IMG/VR virus record: IMGVR_UViG_3300009506_000012
Span: 1-64,000 of that record
Origin: a virus
Length of the DNA stretch: 64,000 bases
Reading direction: 5' to 3' (one strand)
In this document: positions 34,871 to 44,673 of the stretch, piece after piece
Position numbering within the stretch: position 1 is the first letter of the stretch
Layout: each line of letters begins with the position of its first letter
Notes under the pieces: generated by a model
The model's database searches: none
The model's input: the letters and a program-made list of their open reading frames with translations, nothing else
What the model was told of the DNA's origin: nothing
Translations under genes and position numbers: made by a program

Positions 34871-36256
34871 ATGGCAGACCCCATCACTGATTATTATGCA
34901 GACAATCCGGTTGAGGTACTGGATAAGAACCAACGTACCTGGTACGACCCCGATGTGCTGCTACTGTTCAAAAATAGGTCACTCTTTACCAATGTTGTGA
35001 CCTATGCGCGAAATCTCGGTGACGTTCGCGCTACAAGCATGGTGGTAACCCAGATCCTGGAACCACATGCCAATTACAACGCCCTCGCAACCCGGCAGCT
35101 GTGGCTCCCGGCGATGCACATTGACTCTCGTTCTATCGAGATCACCTTCAGTCACCACGGTGGCAAGGTGGCCATGCACGATTATGATGAGCTGGTGACT
35201 TACTGGCAGACCAATGGAAACCCAGGCCTGCGCGTCATCCTCAATCGTGTCCTCGGTCAGAACATTGTTGATGTCCATGACTTCCTGGCCCGTAACGCTT
35301 TGCTGTACGGCGCTTTGGCACAAACCGGTTATGTGTATTACGCCGGTTCTGCAACCAACTTTTCCGATCTTGTCTCAACCGATTCGATGACCCCTGATAT
35401 CTGTATGGAAATCCAGCTGGGTATGAAGTACCGTGAAGTCGCCGGCGCTCTCAATCCGGATGGCTCTCCCGGCGCTGTGGTGTGCTACACCACGCCTGGT
35501 GTGATTTATGAATTCCAACAGGATCCAGACTGGGTTGAGGTTGCAAAATATGCGGATCCGGCTCGCTTGTTCCGCTATGAGGTTGGCACCTACAAGAATG
35601 TGCGTTTTGTTGAAAATACGCGCCTGACCCTGTTCAACTGCGGCACGATTGAATTCCAGGCCGCAATCAGCGCGGCTGCACATGCCGGTGATGGTGCGCC
35701 CAATCCTTCTACGACCAAGGTCGATGGTACCTATATGGTCGGTCAGACTACAGCTGGAATCGTGAACTACATTCAGCTTGATACGCCCATCACTGGAACG
35801 ATCGCTGATAACCTGGCTGTCAATGACATTCTGACCATTCACACCTCTCGTACCAGCACTTTCAACGTAACCAATGGCGTGAACCCATTCGATGGCACCC
35901 TGCACAATCGCCGTCTGGTCGAGATTGATGAGGCCAATGGCCGGCTTATCTTCGATAAGCCGATCATGATGGACTTCGCAACTGACCTGGGTGGTGGCGT
36001 TTATGGATACGTGACCAAAGGCTTCCATATCCACTCGAGCATCTTCATTGGTGCCCCGCAGGGTATTGTCGCTGGCCTGGCCGCGCCTATCCGTCTGCAC
36101 ACCCCGCCCCCCATCGATGACCTGGAAGCGATTTATCGTTTCTCATGGAATGATCGTATGGGCTATCAACCATATGCCCCAGAGGTGTATGAGGTTGTGT
36201 TTAGCGCTGGTTCTGTCCGGTTCAAGGGCAAGATGGGCGCTGCTGCTGGATCCTAA
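34871..36256 (+). CDS. Major capsid protein
   Basis: Position; LFRYEVGTYKNVRFVEN (N4 gp56-like motif); ends AAAGS. Confidence 0.9.
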   Translation: MADPITDYYADNPVEVLDKNQRTWYDPDVLLLFKNRSLFTNVVTYARNLGDVRATSMVVTQILEPHANYNALATRQLWLPAMHIDSRSIEITFSHHGGKVAMHDYDELVTYWQTNGNPGLRVILNRVLGQNIVDVHDFLARNALLYGALAQTGYVYYAGSATNFSDLVSTDSMTPDICMEIQLGMKYREVAGALNPDGSPGAVVCYTTPGVIYEFQQDPDWVEVAKYADPARLFRYEVGTYKNVRFVENTRLTLFNCGTIEFQAAISAAAHAGDGAPNPSTTKVDGTYMVGQTTAGIVNYIQLDTPITGTIADNLAVNDILTIHTSRTSTFNVTNGVNPFDGTLHNRRLVEIDEANGRLIFDKPIMMDFATDLGGGVYGYVTKGFHIHSSIFIGAPQGIVAGLAAPIRLHTPPPIDDLEAIYRFSWNDRMGYQPYAPEVYEVVFSAGSVRFKGKMGAAAGS

Positions 36257-36270
36257 TCCATCGAGGCTTT

Positions 36271-36906
36271 ATGTCTACTCTATCAGAAGTTCGATTGAAG
36301 GTATTGAGGGTGCTGTCCGATGAGGATGGTGCCCAATACTCTACAGACCTGCTACAAGATGGGATTGAGGCGGCTCACATCGCCGTTTTGCCATGGGTCT
36401 ATAAGAGAAGCGAACAGACACTGGTTGCTGATGAAGAAACGGTTTCATTCGCTTTGCCTTCGGACTTCTATAAGGTCATATCCATATTCGACTCTGAGAG
36501 TGGTTACTACATTCCGGAAGGTGTACAGGCTGCATTCTCGCAACCTGGTGACAATGTGAACGTCAATCAGGAATTCGCGCAATATCCGGAAGGATATCTG
36601 ACACTCCTGAACGCTCCGACCGAAGATCTGGTGATGAAGTACGCAGCATATTGGAGCGTACCGACCGGCGAAAACGATTCGCTTGAAGTCCCATCCACAC
36701 TGATTATGCCGATTGTGCTTTTTACGGCTTCTTATGCACTACTAGAGAAGTCAAGTAACGTCAGCTCGATCCGTCAATGGGCAGACAAGAACGTAGATGC
36801 CGGCACCCCGGTGATGAATCCAATGCGTGACCAGTCTAACTTCTACCTGTCACGTTTCACGGAAGCTATGAAGCTCCTGCCCGCACTTTCCCAAGGGTTT
36901 GCATAA
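36271..36906 (+). CDS. Head-tail adaptor protein
   Basis: TLSEVRLKV...FALPSDF pattern; follows capsid gene. Confidence 0.7.
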   Translation: MSTLSEVRLKVLRVLSDEDGAQYSTDLLQDGIEAAHIAVLPWVYKRSEQTLVADEETVSFALPSDFYKVISIFDSESGYYIPEGVQAAFSQPGDNVNVNQEFAQYPEGYLTLLNAPTEDLVMKYAAYWSVPTGENDSLEVPSTLIMPIVLFTASYALLEKSSNVSSIRQWADKNVDAGTPVMNPMRDQSNFYLSRFTEAMKLLPALSQGFA

Positions 36907-37463
36907 TGGAAGAACCTTCACACATCGTTCCTATGCTGTGTAACCGGATACTCACCTCTCTGACAGATGTTTGCATTACGAATATAGAGAGTAGAGATCC
37001 AACACGCATGAACGATATCAAGGTTGGTCGCTTTCAAGAGGACCCGCAAAAAACCATGATTCGAGCATCCATCCAGGGCGGTGATCTTGAGGATCCAGGC
37101 CTGATGGATGAGATTGTGGATCCGGAGAAATCAAAGAACAGGCTTGCCTTTTACGCACCTGCTAGAGAAATTGGCGGTGGCCAGTTATGGTGGCGCAAGG
37201 GTGTTATCCGTCTTGAGATGTTCTTTATGGTTGAACGTCCTGCCGTATCTGAAGAAGAAGCCAGGGAGCGTGCTTATCTTGTGCTTGGCCGCATCCAACA
37301 ACACATCGAGACAATTCCGGTATATGACCTTACAGACCAACATGGAGAAAAAGCCATAAAGCTATTTCACCCGCGAAATAGTTTCTATCAGTCTGGTGGC
37401 CCTCCCTCGTCATGGATTTGGCGAGGCAAACTAATCTGGGAATGCCTGACTGAAAGACCATAA
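36906..37463 (+). CDS. Neck or tail-terminator protein
   Basis: Position before tail tube. Confidence 0.6.
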   Translation: MEEPSHIVPMLCNRILTSLTDVCITNIESRDPTRMNDIKVGRFQEDPQKTMIRASIQGGDLEDPGLMDEIVDPEKSKNRLAFYAPAREIGGGQLWWRKGVIRLEMFFMVERPAVSEEEARERAYLVLGRIQQHIETIPVYDLTDQHGEKAIKLFHPRNSFYQSGGPPSSWIWRGKLIWECLTERP

Positions 37464-37473
37464 GGAGTAACAA

Positions 37474-38556
37474 ATGGCTACAACTGCTCAGGCCGGGATT
37501 TTTGGATGGGGTCCTCAAAGCGCCATGGAATCTGCCGCAACGCAGTATTGGCGTCACAAGGCCACAAATATCGATCTCGGTATCTTAGACGATATCAGGG
37601 TCGGACCGCTTGAAATTGGTTCCGGCCCATTTCCCACGTTCCCGTACAAGGCCGGTTATGTGATCGGCGGGGGCGTGGATATGCAGCCTCGTCTGGAGGA
37701 TTCTCTAGGCTGGCTGTTGTACGCGCATCTGGGTTCTCACAGTGTCGGTGCGGCTGTTGATGGGGTTTATCCTCACACGTTCGTGCCTGATACTGACCCG
37801 TCATTCGTGCGCTGGCTGTCTTTGCGCAAGTACATTCCTCAGAAGGAATCAGACCCGGCTACTGACCTCGGTGAACTTTATACCGACTGCAAACCAGTCA
37901 ACCTTGGCCTGACCCTGCCTAACGATATGCCCATTACGGCACGTTGGGACTTCATGGGACGTTCCTTCACCCTGGTTGACGACATCACGCCGTGGACCTG
38001 GGAAAATGCCGCGTATGAGGACTGGCAGTCCATTCCGGTAGGTTGTGAAACCGGTGGCGACATCCAGTTTACCGGTGGCGATCTATCCGGGCTGTCCGTT
38101 CCTGTGGTACGTGCGCAGGTTGCTTTCGGCAATCAGAACCTGGATATCCGTCAAGAAAAGGTGTATGGCTCACCTGAACTAGAGGACATCACCATCATTC
38201 AGCGTCAGTTGACCTTCGATGTAACGATCAAGTGGAATGATCCCTCGATCTATCGAAATATTCTGACCCTGCTTTCCAACGGTACTAGCTGGTCATCCCG
38301 TCCTTTGACTGGTTCACTGGATATCAAGACCGTAGGTACTGCATTAGCCGGTTCGTCCACTACACAGAAATTCGAGCTTGATATTACTGCCGATGAAGTC
38401 ATGTGGCAGATGAACGGCCCAATCACGATGGCCGCTGGTCAGGCAATCATGATGCGGTTCACTGGAACTGCATTGGAGCCTTCCAGTGGTGACTATGCAA
38501 CATTCACGTTGTATAATGAGGTGGCTGATTACGCTTGGCCTTCTGCGGGCTCTTAG
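37474..38556 (+). CDS. Major tail tube protein
   Basis: Beta-rich, YPHTF, C-terminal FTLYNEVADY; ends SAGS. Confidence 0.8.
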   Translation: MATTAQAGIFGWGPQSAMESAATQYWRHKATNIDLGILDDIRVGPLEIGSGPFPTFPYKAGYVIGGGVDMQPRLEDSLGWLLYAHLGSHSVGAAVDGVYPHTFVPDTDPSFVRWLSLRKYIPQKESDPATDLGELYTDCKPVNLGLTLPNDMPITARWDFMGRSFTLVDDITPWTWENAAYEDWQSIPVGCETGGDIQFTGGDLSGLSVPVVRAQVAFGNQNLDIRQEKVYGSPELEDITIIQRQLTFDVTIKWNDPSIYRNILTLLSNGTSWSSRPLTGSLDIKTVGTALAGSSTTQKFELDITADEVMWQMNGPITMAAGQAIMMRFTGTALEPSSGDYATFTLYNEVADYAWPSAGS

Positions 38557-38577
38557 GCGCATGATCCTCCTTCTGTT

Positions 38578-38609
38578 GGCCTGGGTGGGTTCCACGACCT
38601 GCCCAGGTC
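38578..38609 (+). terminator. Hairpin after tail tube gene
   Basis: GGCCTGGGTGGGTT-CCAC-GACCTGCCCAGGTC; no U-tract. Confidence 0.45.
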
Positions 38610-38640
38610 GACCACATCACACAAACAGGAATACAACAAT

Positions 38641-39336
38641 ATGACAACTAAATTCGCAATCATCGCAGGCCCCAGAACCGGAAGCAGTACGATCCAAGTC
38701 TTTCTTGAAGATCTGGGGGTTTTTGTTTATAGAGAACCATTTAGACCCGAGAAAAATATACATCCATATCCGGATACTCTCAATGAGATTTATTTCAAAA
38801 AGAACGCAGTTGGATTGAAGCATGTTTACACTCATGTCAACATTGAGGAAAATATCCGAATGGTTGAATGGCTTTATCAGAGAGGCATTACTACTGTTCT
38901 TCTGACGCGCAGGAATAAATTTCACCAGGCGGTCAGTCTTTTGATTGCCAAAAAACTGAATATCTGGGCAGTCAAACCTGATGTCATGGCGGCGCTTGAA
39001 TACAGGAATGTTGAAAGTTTTGAAATCTCGATCAGCGAGATTGAAAAGTTTATTGAATATGCTGAAACGATTGAAAGCGCTATTATGGGTATCCATATTC
39101 CCGACTATCAGATTTTTCAGACATTGTATTATGAAGCCTATTTCAATCAGGACTCTGCCAGGGCATTGACCAATGCAAGTCAGCTTGTTCGGGCGCTGGG
39201 TATCACAGCACCGGATTACATCGCTCCAATGATCCAACAGCATTTTGCGCCAGGAAGAAAACAGAACACCGAAGCTATCTATAGATTGATTTCTAATCGT
39301 GCTGAAATTGAAGAACATTTCGGAGCAAAATTATGA
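38641..39336 (+). CDS. PAPS-dependent sulfotransferase (Stf0-like)
   Basis: 5'-PSB loop AGPRTGSS, 3'-PB LTRRNKFHQAVS, YYE. Confidence 0.85.
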   Translation: MTTKFAIIAGPRTGSSTIQVFLEDLGVFVYREPFRPEKNIHPYPDTLNEIYFKKNAVGLKHVYTHVNIEENIRMVEWLYQRGITTVLLTRRNKFHQAVSLLIAKKLNIWAVKPDVMAALEYRNVESFEISISEIEKFIEYAETIESAIMGIHIPDYQIFQTLYYEAYFNQDSARALTNASQLVRALGITAPDYIAPMIQQHFAPGRKQNTEAIYRLISNRAEIEEHFGAKL

Positions 39337-39899
39337 CAGACAAGGTTATTGTCGATCTTGGAGGAGAGGGGCATTACCAAAATGGCACCGTAACGGTCAA
39401 CATCAATCCCGAATCAGGTAGCGACATCATATGTGATATCACGGCGCGTGGCCAGGAGCTGCACAGATACTTTCCTTATGGGAGTGTGGACATGTTTACC
39501 TGTATCCATACTCTTGAACATCTTGACCCGGCTGATGTTCCTGAAAGTCTGCTTTACTGGAAATCCATTCTGAAAGATGGAGGCCGGTTATTGGTTATCG
39601 TTCCGGACCTGAAGCAGTTATGGCAGGATGTAATGAATGAAATTGTTTCCGAAGATGTTGCAATCGCAATCACATTTCGTAATAATTTCAATGGAAAATT
39701 TGAATACTGGGACACCCATAAATGGGGCTGGACACGTAAAACTTTGCGCCGGGATATGGCATCCTGTGGTTTCAAAGTCATTGATCCTGAACGACCATTT
39801 TCGAAAGATTACATCTTCGATGATTACAGCTTTAGCTACACCGGTGATGTGCATCATTATGTTATTCCAAATTTGCGAGTGATGGGGTTGAACAAATGA
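39333..39899 (+). CDS. Class I SAM-dependent methyltransferase
   Basis: VDLGGEG, HTLEHL, LKDGGRLLVIVPD. Confidence 0.85.
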   Translation: MTDKVIVDLGGEGHYQNGTVTVNINPESGSDIICDITARGQELHRYFPYGSVDMFTCIHTLEHLDPADVPESLLYWKSILKDGGRLLVIVPDLKQLWQDVMNEIVSEDVAIAITFRNNFNGKFEYWDTHKWGWTRKTLRRDMASCGFKVIDPERPFSKDYIFDDYSFSYTGDVHHYVIPNLRVMGLNK

Positions 39900-40663
39900 A
39901 TGAATATCTTGAGAAGTTTCACCTGCAATATTTTCTGGAACACAAAAGAGAGAATCGCTATTGGTGGTTTTTGAGGAATCAGTTTATGCCACCTGTGTAT
40001 ACTACCTTGGATGAACCTGAATTCTTATTGCTGATGGAGTGGTTTCGAGAAACAGACAAGAGAGGTGTTGCCGGGGAATGTTCTGTGCCTCTCATCTCTG
40101 CTTTGCTTGGATTTATCGCCGGGTCCGGGATAGATGCAGTTGTACAGCTGGGTCATGCTTACGGATATTCCAGTCTGCTTATGGGCTGGATGCTTCGCAG
40201 AATGGGGAAAAAACATGCACTATTTTCAATCGATATCAATCCGGATGCAACTGCTTTTGCCCAACACTATATTGACAAGGCTGACCTCAATGAAGTTGTT
40301 GCGCTCCGTGTTGGCAATAGTGCTGACCCAAAGATGGTAGATCGTGCCAGGCAGTATTTTGGAAAAGAACCACAAATGATCTTCATTGACAGCAGTCATC
40401 AATACAAACATACACTGAATGAATTACGGCTTTATTACAATGCGCTTCCCAAGAATGGGATTATCTTTCTGCATGATATCTCTCGTTTTGCAACCAGGTT
40501 TGATAAAACAGGAAAGGGGGGAGTCATGAAGGCGGTCTGCGAGTTTGTTGAAACCAATCTTACTGAATCCGGTCTGTTCAATCGGCATATCGAAGGTAGC
40601 GACAGGGACGCGCCTTTGATTTTGTTGGATGGGTGTGGTCTGGGAGTGATACAGAAGTTATGA
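39896..40663 (+). CDS. Class I SAM-dependent methyltransferase (Methyltransf_24-like)
   Basis: VVQLGHAYGYS, SIDIN, IFIDSSHQY, GIIFLHD. Confidence 0.85.
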   Translation: MNEYLEKFHLQYFLEHKRENRYWWFLRNQFMPPVYTTLDEPEFLLLMEWFRETDKRGVAGECSVPLISALLGFIAGSGIDAVVQLGHAYGYSSLLMGWMLRRMGKKHALFSIDINPDATAFAQHYIDKADLNEVVALRVGNSADPKMVDRARQYFGKEPQMIFIDSSHQYKHTLNELRLYYNALPKNGIIFLHDISRFATRFDKTGKGGVMKAVCEFVETNLTESGLFNRHIEGSDRDAPLILLDGCGLGVIQKL

Positions 40664-42813
40664 ACAGTTTCGATTGTTTTGATACTCTGATTGGTCGAAC
40701 TTGCGTTGATCCTGTCAATATTTTCGAAATGGTTGGAAACGAGATTAGGGATCCGGATTTTGTCAAAAAACGGATTGCCGCAGAAAGATTCTTTCAGCGC
40801 AAAAAGGCTCCTTATACACTTGATACTATTTATAAACAGCTTGGCCAACCAGAGCTGGCTGAAATTGAATTCGGCTTCGAGCTTAAGAGTACATTCAAAA
40901 TAAAACGCTATGCAAAAATGCTTCGGGAAGATGACATTATTATTAGTGACATGTACCTGACTGAAGATCAGGTACGCTTACTTCTCGAGAAAGCCGGCAT
41001 TCATTTCGGCGGGAAGATATTTGTTAGCAATTATGGAAAGTTTTCTGGAAACATTTGGAGAACGGTCAAAGAGCAGAGTCACAAGATCGAATTTCACCAT
41101 GGGGATAATTCTTTCACAGACTTTGAAAGTCCAAGAAAACACGGTATTCGTGCAATCAGGGTCACTGACACAAAACTGAACAAGATCGAAAAGCTGTATG
41201 CCGATACGCTTCCGGAACTGGGTGCCTGGGTGCGCAACAATCGGCTTCGGTATATCGTGGACGAGCGCAAAGAATTCTTGACGTTTATGCAAAATCAGTA
41301 CAACATGCCGCTGTTGTGGAGTATCTGTCAGGAACTTGATCACTATCACAATGTGTATGATTTATTATTTATGTCCAGAGATACCCAGCTTCTGCACCGC
41401 ATGTACACGACCCTGGTTCCGGACGCGAGAGCTGAATATATCTATATCAGCCGAGATACTTTGCGAGGTGACAGTCAGTCTTATTTCGAATATTTGAATT
41501 CGAAGTTAACAAACAGATCTATACTGGTTGACATGGCATCCTCTTGTGGATCTTTGAAAGAATCTCTACCTCATCTTCAGGTAAAAGAGCCCAATGTGTT
41601 TACAGCTGTTTTTTTACCTGTGCCGTTCAAGGTCGATCTTGGCCCAATCCATTGTTTTGCGATGACAACCAATACCCAGATACAAATCAACAATACCTAT
41701 TTGGAGATGTTGAATTATGCAGACCATCTTCATGTGGCTGATGTTGTTGACGGAAAACCTGTATTCGATCTTCCTGGTGAATATGACATGGAAAAGGTCA
41801 AAGCTTACCATCGTGCTTTCAACCTGATGCTTGAAAATATTCCCAACCGTATAGTTGATGCAAAACCAGTATTCTTCCATGCACTAGCTGAAATCCAGAA
41901 GAACAAAGACAGAATCGGCAAAGAGTTTCCGAATCATGTTCCTATCGAAATCAAGCATAAAAAAACCATAAAGCAGGAACGCGCCAAAGACAATGTGATT
42001 GTGATCGGAGCTATCGCTAATTATTCCTGGACAAACATAGAACCATGGTGGAAATCTTTGAAGGCAACCGGTTTCGATGGGGATATACATATGCTGTGCT
42101 ACAACATTGGAGGCCAGTCAATTCGGTACATGGAACGTAGAGGCATTCAAACACATGTCAGAAAGTTGACCGGGAAACAGATTGTGATTGATCGCTTTCG
42201 TGACCTGGCTACGCTTCTGGATGATATCGATCCGGATACCTGGATTGTTTTTCCGGATGTTGGGGATATCGTATTTCAGTACAACCCGAGACACTACCTC
42301 GAATCTGTATCAAAAGATATTGTGGTGACGCATGAAGGTGTTCTTTTCAGCGGAAACAAGTGGATGCTGAATAACCTCTATGAGAGCTTTCCAAAATACG
42401 CTGAAGGTCTGAAGGATAAGTTCTTCTTCAATGCTGGCTCCATAGCTGCTAAAGCTGGAATACTTTCGCAAATGTCAGAACACATCTACAAACTATGCTT
42501 GGAAAATCAGAACGCCACCAGTCACGACCAGACCGCCATGAACATCCTGCTTCACAATAACCCTGTTTATCGAAAGAAAACATTATTTTTGAGTCCCAAT
42601 GATCCATGGTGTTTTTGCGGAGCTTCAAGTATATTTGCACGACCCGAAGATGCCAAGAATTATTTGAGCGATCCGGTTACAGTTCAGAACGGAATTTGCT
42701 ATTCGCGCCCTAATGTAAAGACCTGCATGTTTCATCACTACACACGAAACAAAAATATTGCCAGGCAGGTGATAACCCAGGTCAATCGCAGATTTGTAAA
42801 TTCAAGACGGTAA
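40660..42813 (+). CDS. HAD phosphatase / phosphoribosyltransferase-like / GT-A glycosyltransferase fusion
   Basis: SFDCFDTL, ISDMYL, HHGDN...D (HAD); FMSRD, LVDMASSCGS; C-terminal FPDVGDIVFQYNP, FNAG, HDQ, HHY; start at ATGA overlap 40660. Confidence 0.8.
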   Translation: MNSFDCFDTLIGRTCVDPVNIFEMVGNEIRDPDFVKKRIAAERFFQRKKAPYTLDTIYKQLGQPELAEIEFGFELKSTFKIKRYAKMLREDDIIISDMYLTEDQVRLLLEKAGIHFGGKIFVSNYGKFSGNIWRTVKEQSHKIEFHHGDNSFTDFESPRKHGIRAIRVTDTKLNKIEKLYADTLPELGAWVRNNRLRYIVDERKEFLTFMQNQYNMPLLWSICQELDHYHNVYDLLFMSRDTQLLHRMYTTLVPDARAEYIYISRDTLRGDSQSYFEYLNSKLTNRSILVDMASSCGSLKESLPHLQVKEPNVFTAVFLPVPFKVDLGPIHCFAMTTNTQIQINNTYLEMLNYADHLHVADVVDGKPVFDLPGEYDMEKVKAYHRAFNLMLENIPNRIVDAKPVFFHALAEIQKNKDRIGKEFPNHVPIEIKHKKTIKQERAKDNVIVIGAIANYSWTNIEPWWKSLKATGFDGDIHMLCYNIGGQSIRYMERRGIQTHVRKLTGKQIVIDRFRDLATLLDDIDPDTWIVFPDVGDIVFQYNPRHYLESVSKDIVVTHEGVLFSGNKWMLNNLYESFPKYAEGLKDKFFFNAGSIAAKAGILSQMSEHIYKLCLENQNATSHDQTAMNILLHNNPVYRKKTLFLSPNDPWCFCGASSIFARPEDAKNYLSDPVTVQNGICYSRPNVKTCMFHHYTRNKNIARQVITQVNRRFVNSRR

Positions 42814-42814
42814 T

Positions 42815-42831
42815 GCTCCACATTGTGGAGC
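42815..42831. promoter_or_regulatory. GCTCCAC-N-GTGGAGC palindrome, copy 6
   Basis: GCTCCACATTGTGGAGC just after a stop codon. Confidence 0.7.
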
Positions 42832-42839
42832 TGATTAGC

Positions 42840-43907
42840 ATGAGCGCCTACAATCCTCCAAGACTTGTTTCCAAAGCATACGATAGACCTGTTGACATAC
42901 TGGCTACCAGGCCGCATTTTGTTGACCATATCGCTCCTGTATGGAGGCACCTAGAAAATCGAGGTGGCTTTTATGTTCCTGAAGTATTGTTAGATTATGC
43001 TAAAACCAAAGTACCTGAAGCCGTAGGGGTAAAGCCAGTTGGCAGAAGCGATAAGCTGAATATCAGGCCTCCCGAAAAAAATGTGTACTTTACCTGCGCT
43101 TATGGGGATTTAGAGAAAGGCATGATTACTGACCTGAAACGGGTTTTTATCTTTATGGAACACGGAGTCGGGTTAGTGTTTCCGGGAAATCCTCACTATG
43201 CCGGGAGTGTTGGCCTTCGAAGGCGTGTTCATTTCTTTCTTGCGCCAAATCAGAATATTCATGATAAGACCTGGACCACTTTTCCAGAAGCACCGCAAGC
43301 TATTGTTGGCACCCCAAAGATGGATAATGTTCCAACAGATATGCCGATCAACCGGGATGACCCGTTGATTATTATCTCATTTCACTGGGATGGAAGGAAG
43401 GTGGCCAGGGAAGCGGCGAACGCATATCCACATTTCAGAGAGATTCTTCCGGAAATTGCAAAACGATATCACTTGGCCGGCCATGCTCATCCACGTATCG
43501 CAAACTACTTCGAAAGAGTGTATAATGAATTAGGCATTGAGTTCATTCGTGATTTTGATGAAGTCATGCGCAGAGGGGACCTTTATCTAAATGATGCCAG
43601 TTCAACAGCATATGAATTCGGCGTCACTGGGAAACCAGTCATCTTACTTAACTCGCCCGGTTACCGGCGTAACATAAATTTTGGAATCCGATTTTGGCAA
43701 TACACAGATTGGGCTATTCAGGTTGATGAACCTGGCCAGCTCATTTCTGCTATAGAACAAACACTACATAAACCCTCACATGAACAGAAACAGAAACAGA
43801 TGGTAGCAGACCTCTACCCGTACCATGGGCAGAGTGCAAAGCGTGCTGCTGATCAAATAAACAGATTTCTGAACATGCGAGGAACCAATGCCATACAAGA
43901 TACCTGA
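42840..43907 (+). CDS. TagF-like CDP-polyol phosphotransferase / GT-B transferase
   Basis: MEHG, VGTPKMD, HAHP, DLYLNDASSTAYEFGVTGKPVI parallel TagF motifs; start 42813 or 42840. Confidence 0.75.
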   Translation: MSAYNPPRLVSKAYDRPVDILATRPHFVDHIAPVWRHLENRGGFYVPEVLLDYAKTKVPEAVGVKPVGRSDKLNIRPPEKNVYFTCAYGDLEKGMITDLKRVFIFMEHGVGLVFPGNPHYAGSVGLRRRVHFFLAPNQNIHDKTWTTFPEAPQAIVGTPKMDNVPTDMPINRDDPLIIISFHWDGRKVAREAANAYPHFREILPEIAKRYHLAGHAHPRIANYFERVYNELGIEFIRDFDEVMRRGDLYLNDASSTAYEFGVTGKPVILLNSPGYRRNINFGIRFWQYTDWAIQVDEPGQLISAIEQTLHKPSHEQKQKQMVADLYPYHGQSAKRAADQINRFLNMRGTNAIQDT

Positions 43908-44388
43908 TGTTGTTGAAACCGAATTCAGACTCGAGGAATTAGATTCCAGAGAGAATATTCCTGATGAAGAAGCCACAATGATTATGGTCAAGACTGCTTC
44001 AGTGGCTGAAAATTCAAAACGATCCCAACTGTTTTCAAAATACGTGCAGGAAATTCCAAAAGATGATGCAGAACCAGAACGCATTATTTATAACTTCCCA
44101 CTGTATACGCTTATGCAGAAGGAAACCTTTCTGACCCTGGTAGGGTGCAATATCCAATTCCCAACTGGAAAGAGTGATAATGAAGGTAATCCGGAGCTGA
44201 AGCCTTTGTTTAGATTCCGTAAGACTCCCCGTGGAAACGAACTGAATATGAGTGAATTGGAATTCAATAAAGCCTGGGGGATGCTTGACGATGATGTTGC
44301 CGCCGAGATCCATTCCAAAGTTTTAGAAGTCAATCCACACTGGATATTCCAGAATGTCGGAGGTAACACGGACCTGGGGGAAGGCTAG
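43888..44388 (+). CDS. Tail assembly chaperone (G-like)
   Basis: Upstream of tape measure; ends at slippery GGGGGAA. Confidence 0.75.
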   Translation: MPYKIPDVVETEFRLEELDSRENIPDEEATMIMVKTASVAENSKRSQLFSKYVQEIPKDDAEPERIIYNFPLYTLMQKETFLTLVGCNIQFPTGKSDNEGNPELKPLFRFRKTPRGNELNMSELEFNKAWGMLDDDVAAEIHSKVLEVNPHWIFQNVGGNTDLGEG

Positions 44389-44672
44389 TATCCGCAGAGC
44401 TACAAGGTCTAAAGGCTGCTTTGTGGGATTACTTTGGCCAAGCAAATGAACGAGCAGAAGGTATAAAGGTAACAGAAGAAGAACGTGTAGACAAACCAAA
44501 AGCACTGACCAGATACGAACAAATACAAGAACTGCACATTCCATATGTTGATGGTGGCCTTATGGATCAACCTTACTTATGGATGCAGCAGCATGGCGTC
44601 ATCAAAAGTTTCCTCGTTGAATGGAACGCCACGCAAAAAGCATTAGCACAACTTTCAGCGCAAGGACAGTGA
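44376..44672 (+). CDS. Tail assembly chaperone -1 frameshift extension (T-like)
   Basis: G GGG GAA at 44376-44382; -1 frame open to 44672; GGLMDQP motif. Confidence 0.75.
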   Translation, partial: GGRLVSAELQGLKAALWDYFGQANERAEGIKVTEEERVDKPKALTRYEQIQELHIPYVDGGLMDQPYLWMQQHGVIKSFLVEWNATQKALAQLSAQGQ

Positions 44673-44673
44673 T

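Noticed and set aside
42813-42839. Start at 42813 (MLHIVELIS)
   Set aside because: These codons are the GCTCCAC palindrome; ATG 42840 is preferred. The GTG starts at 9369 and 23697 also fall inside palindromes
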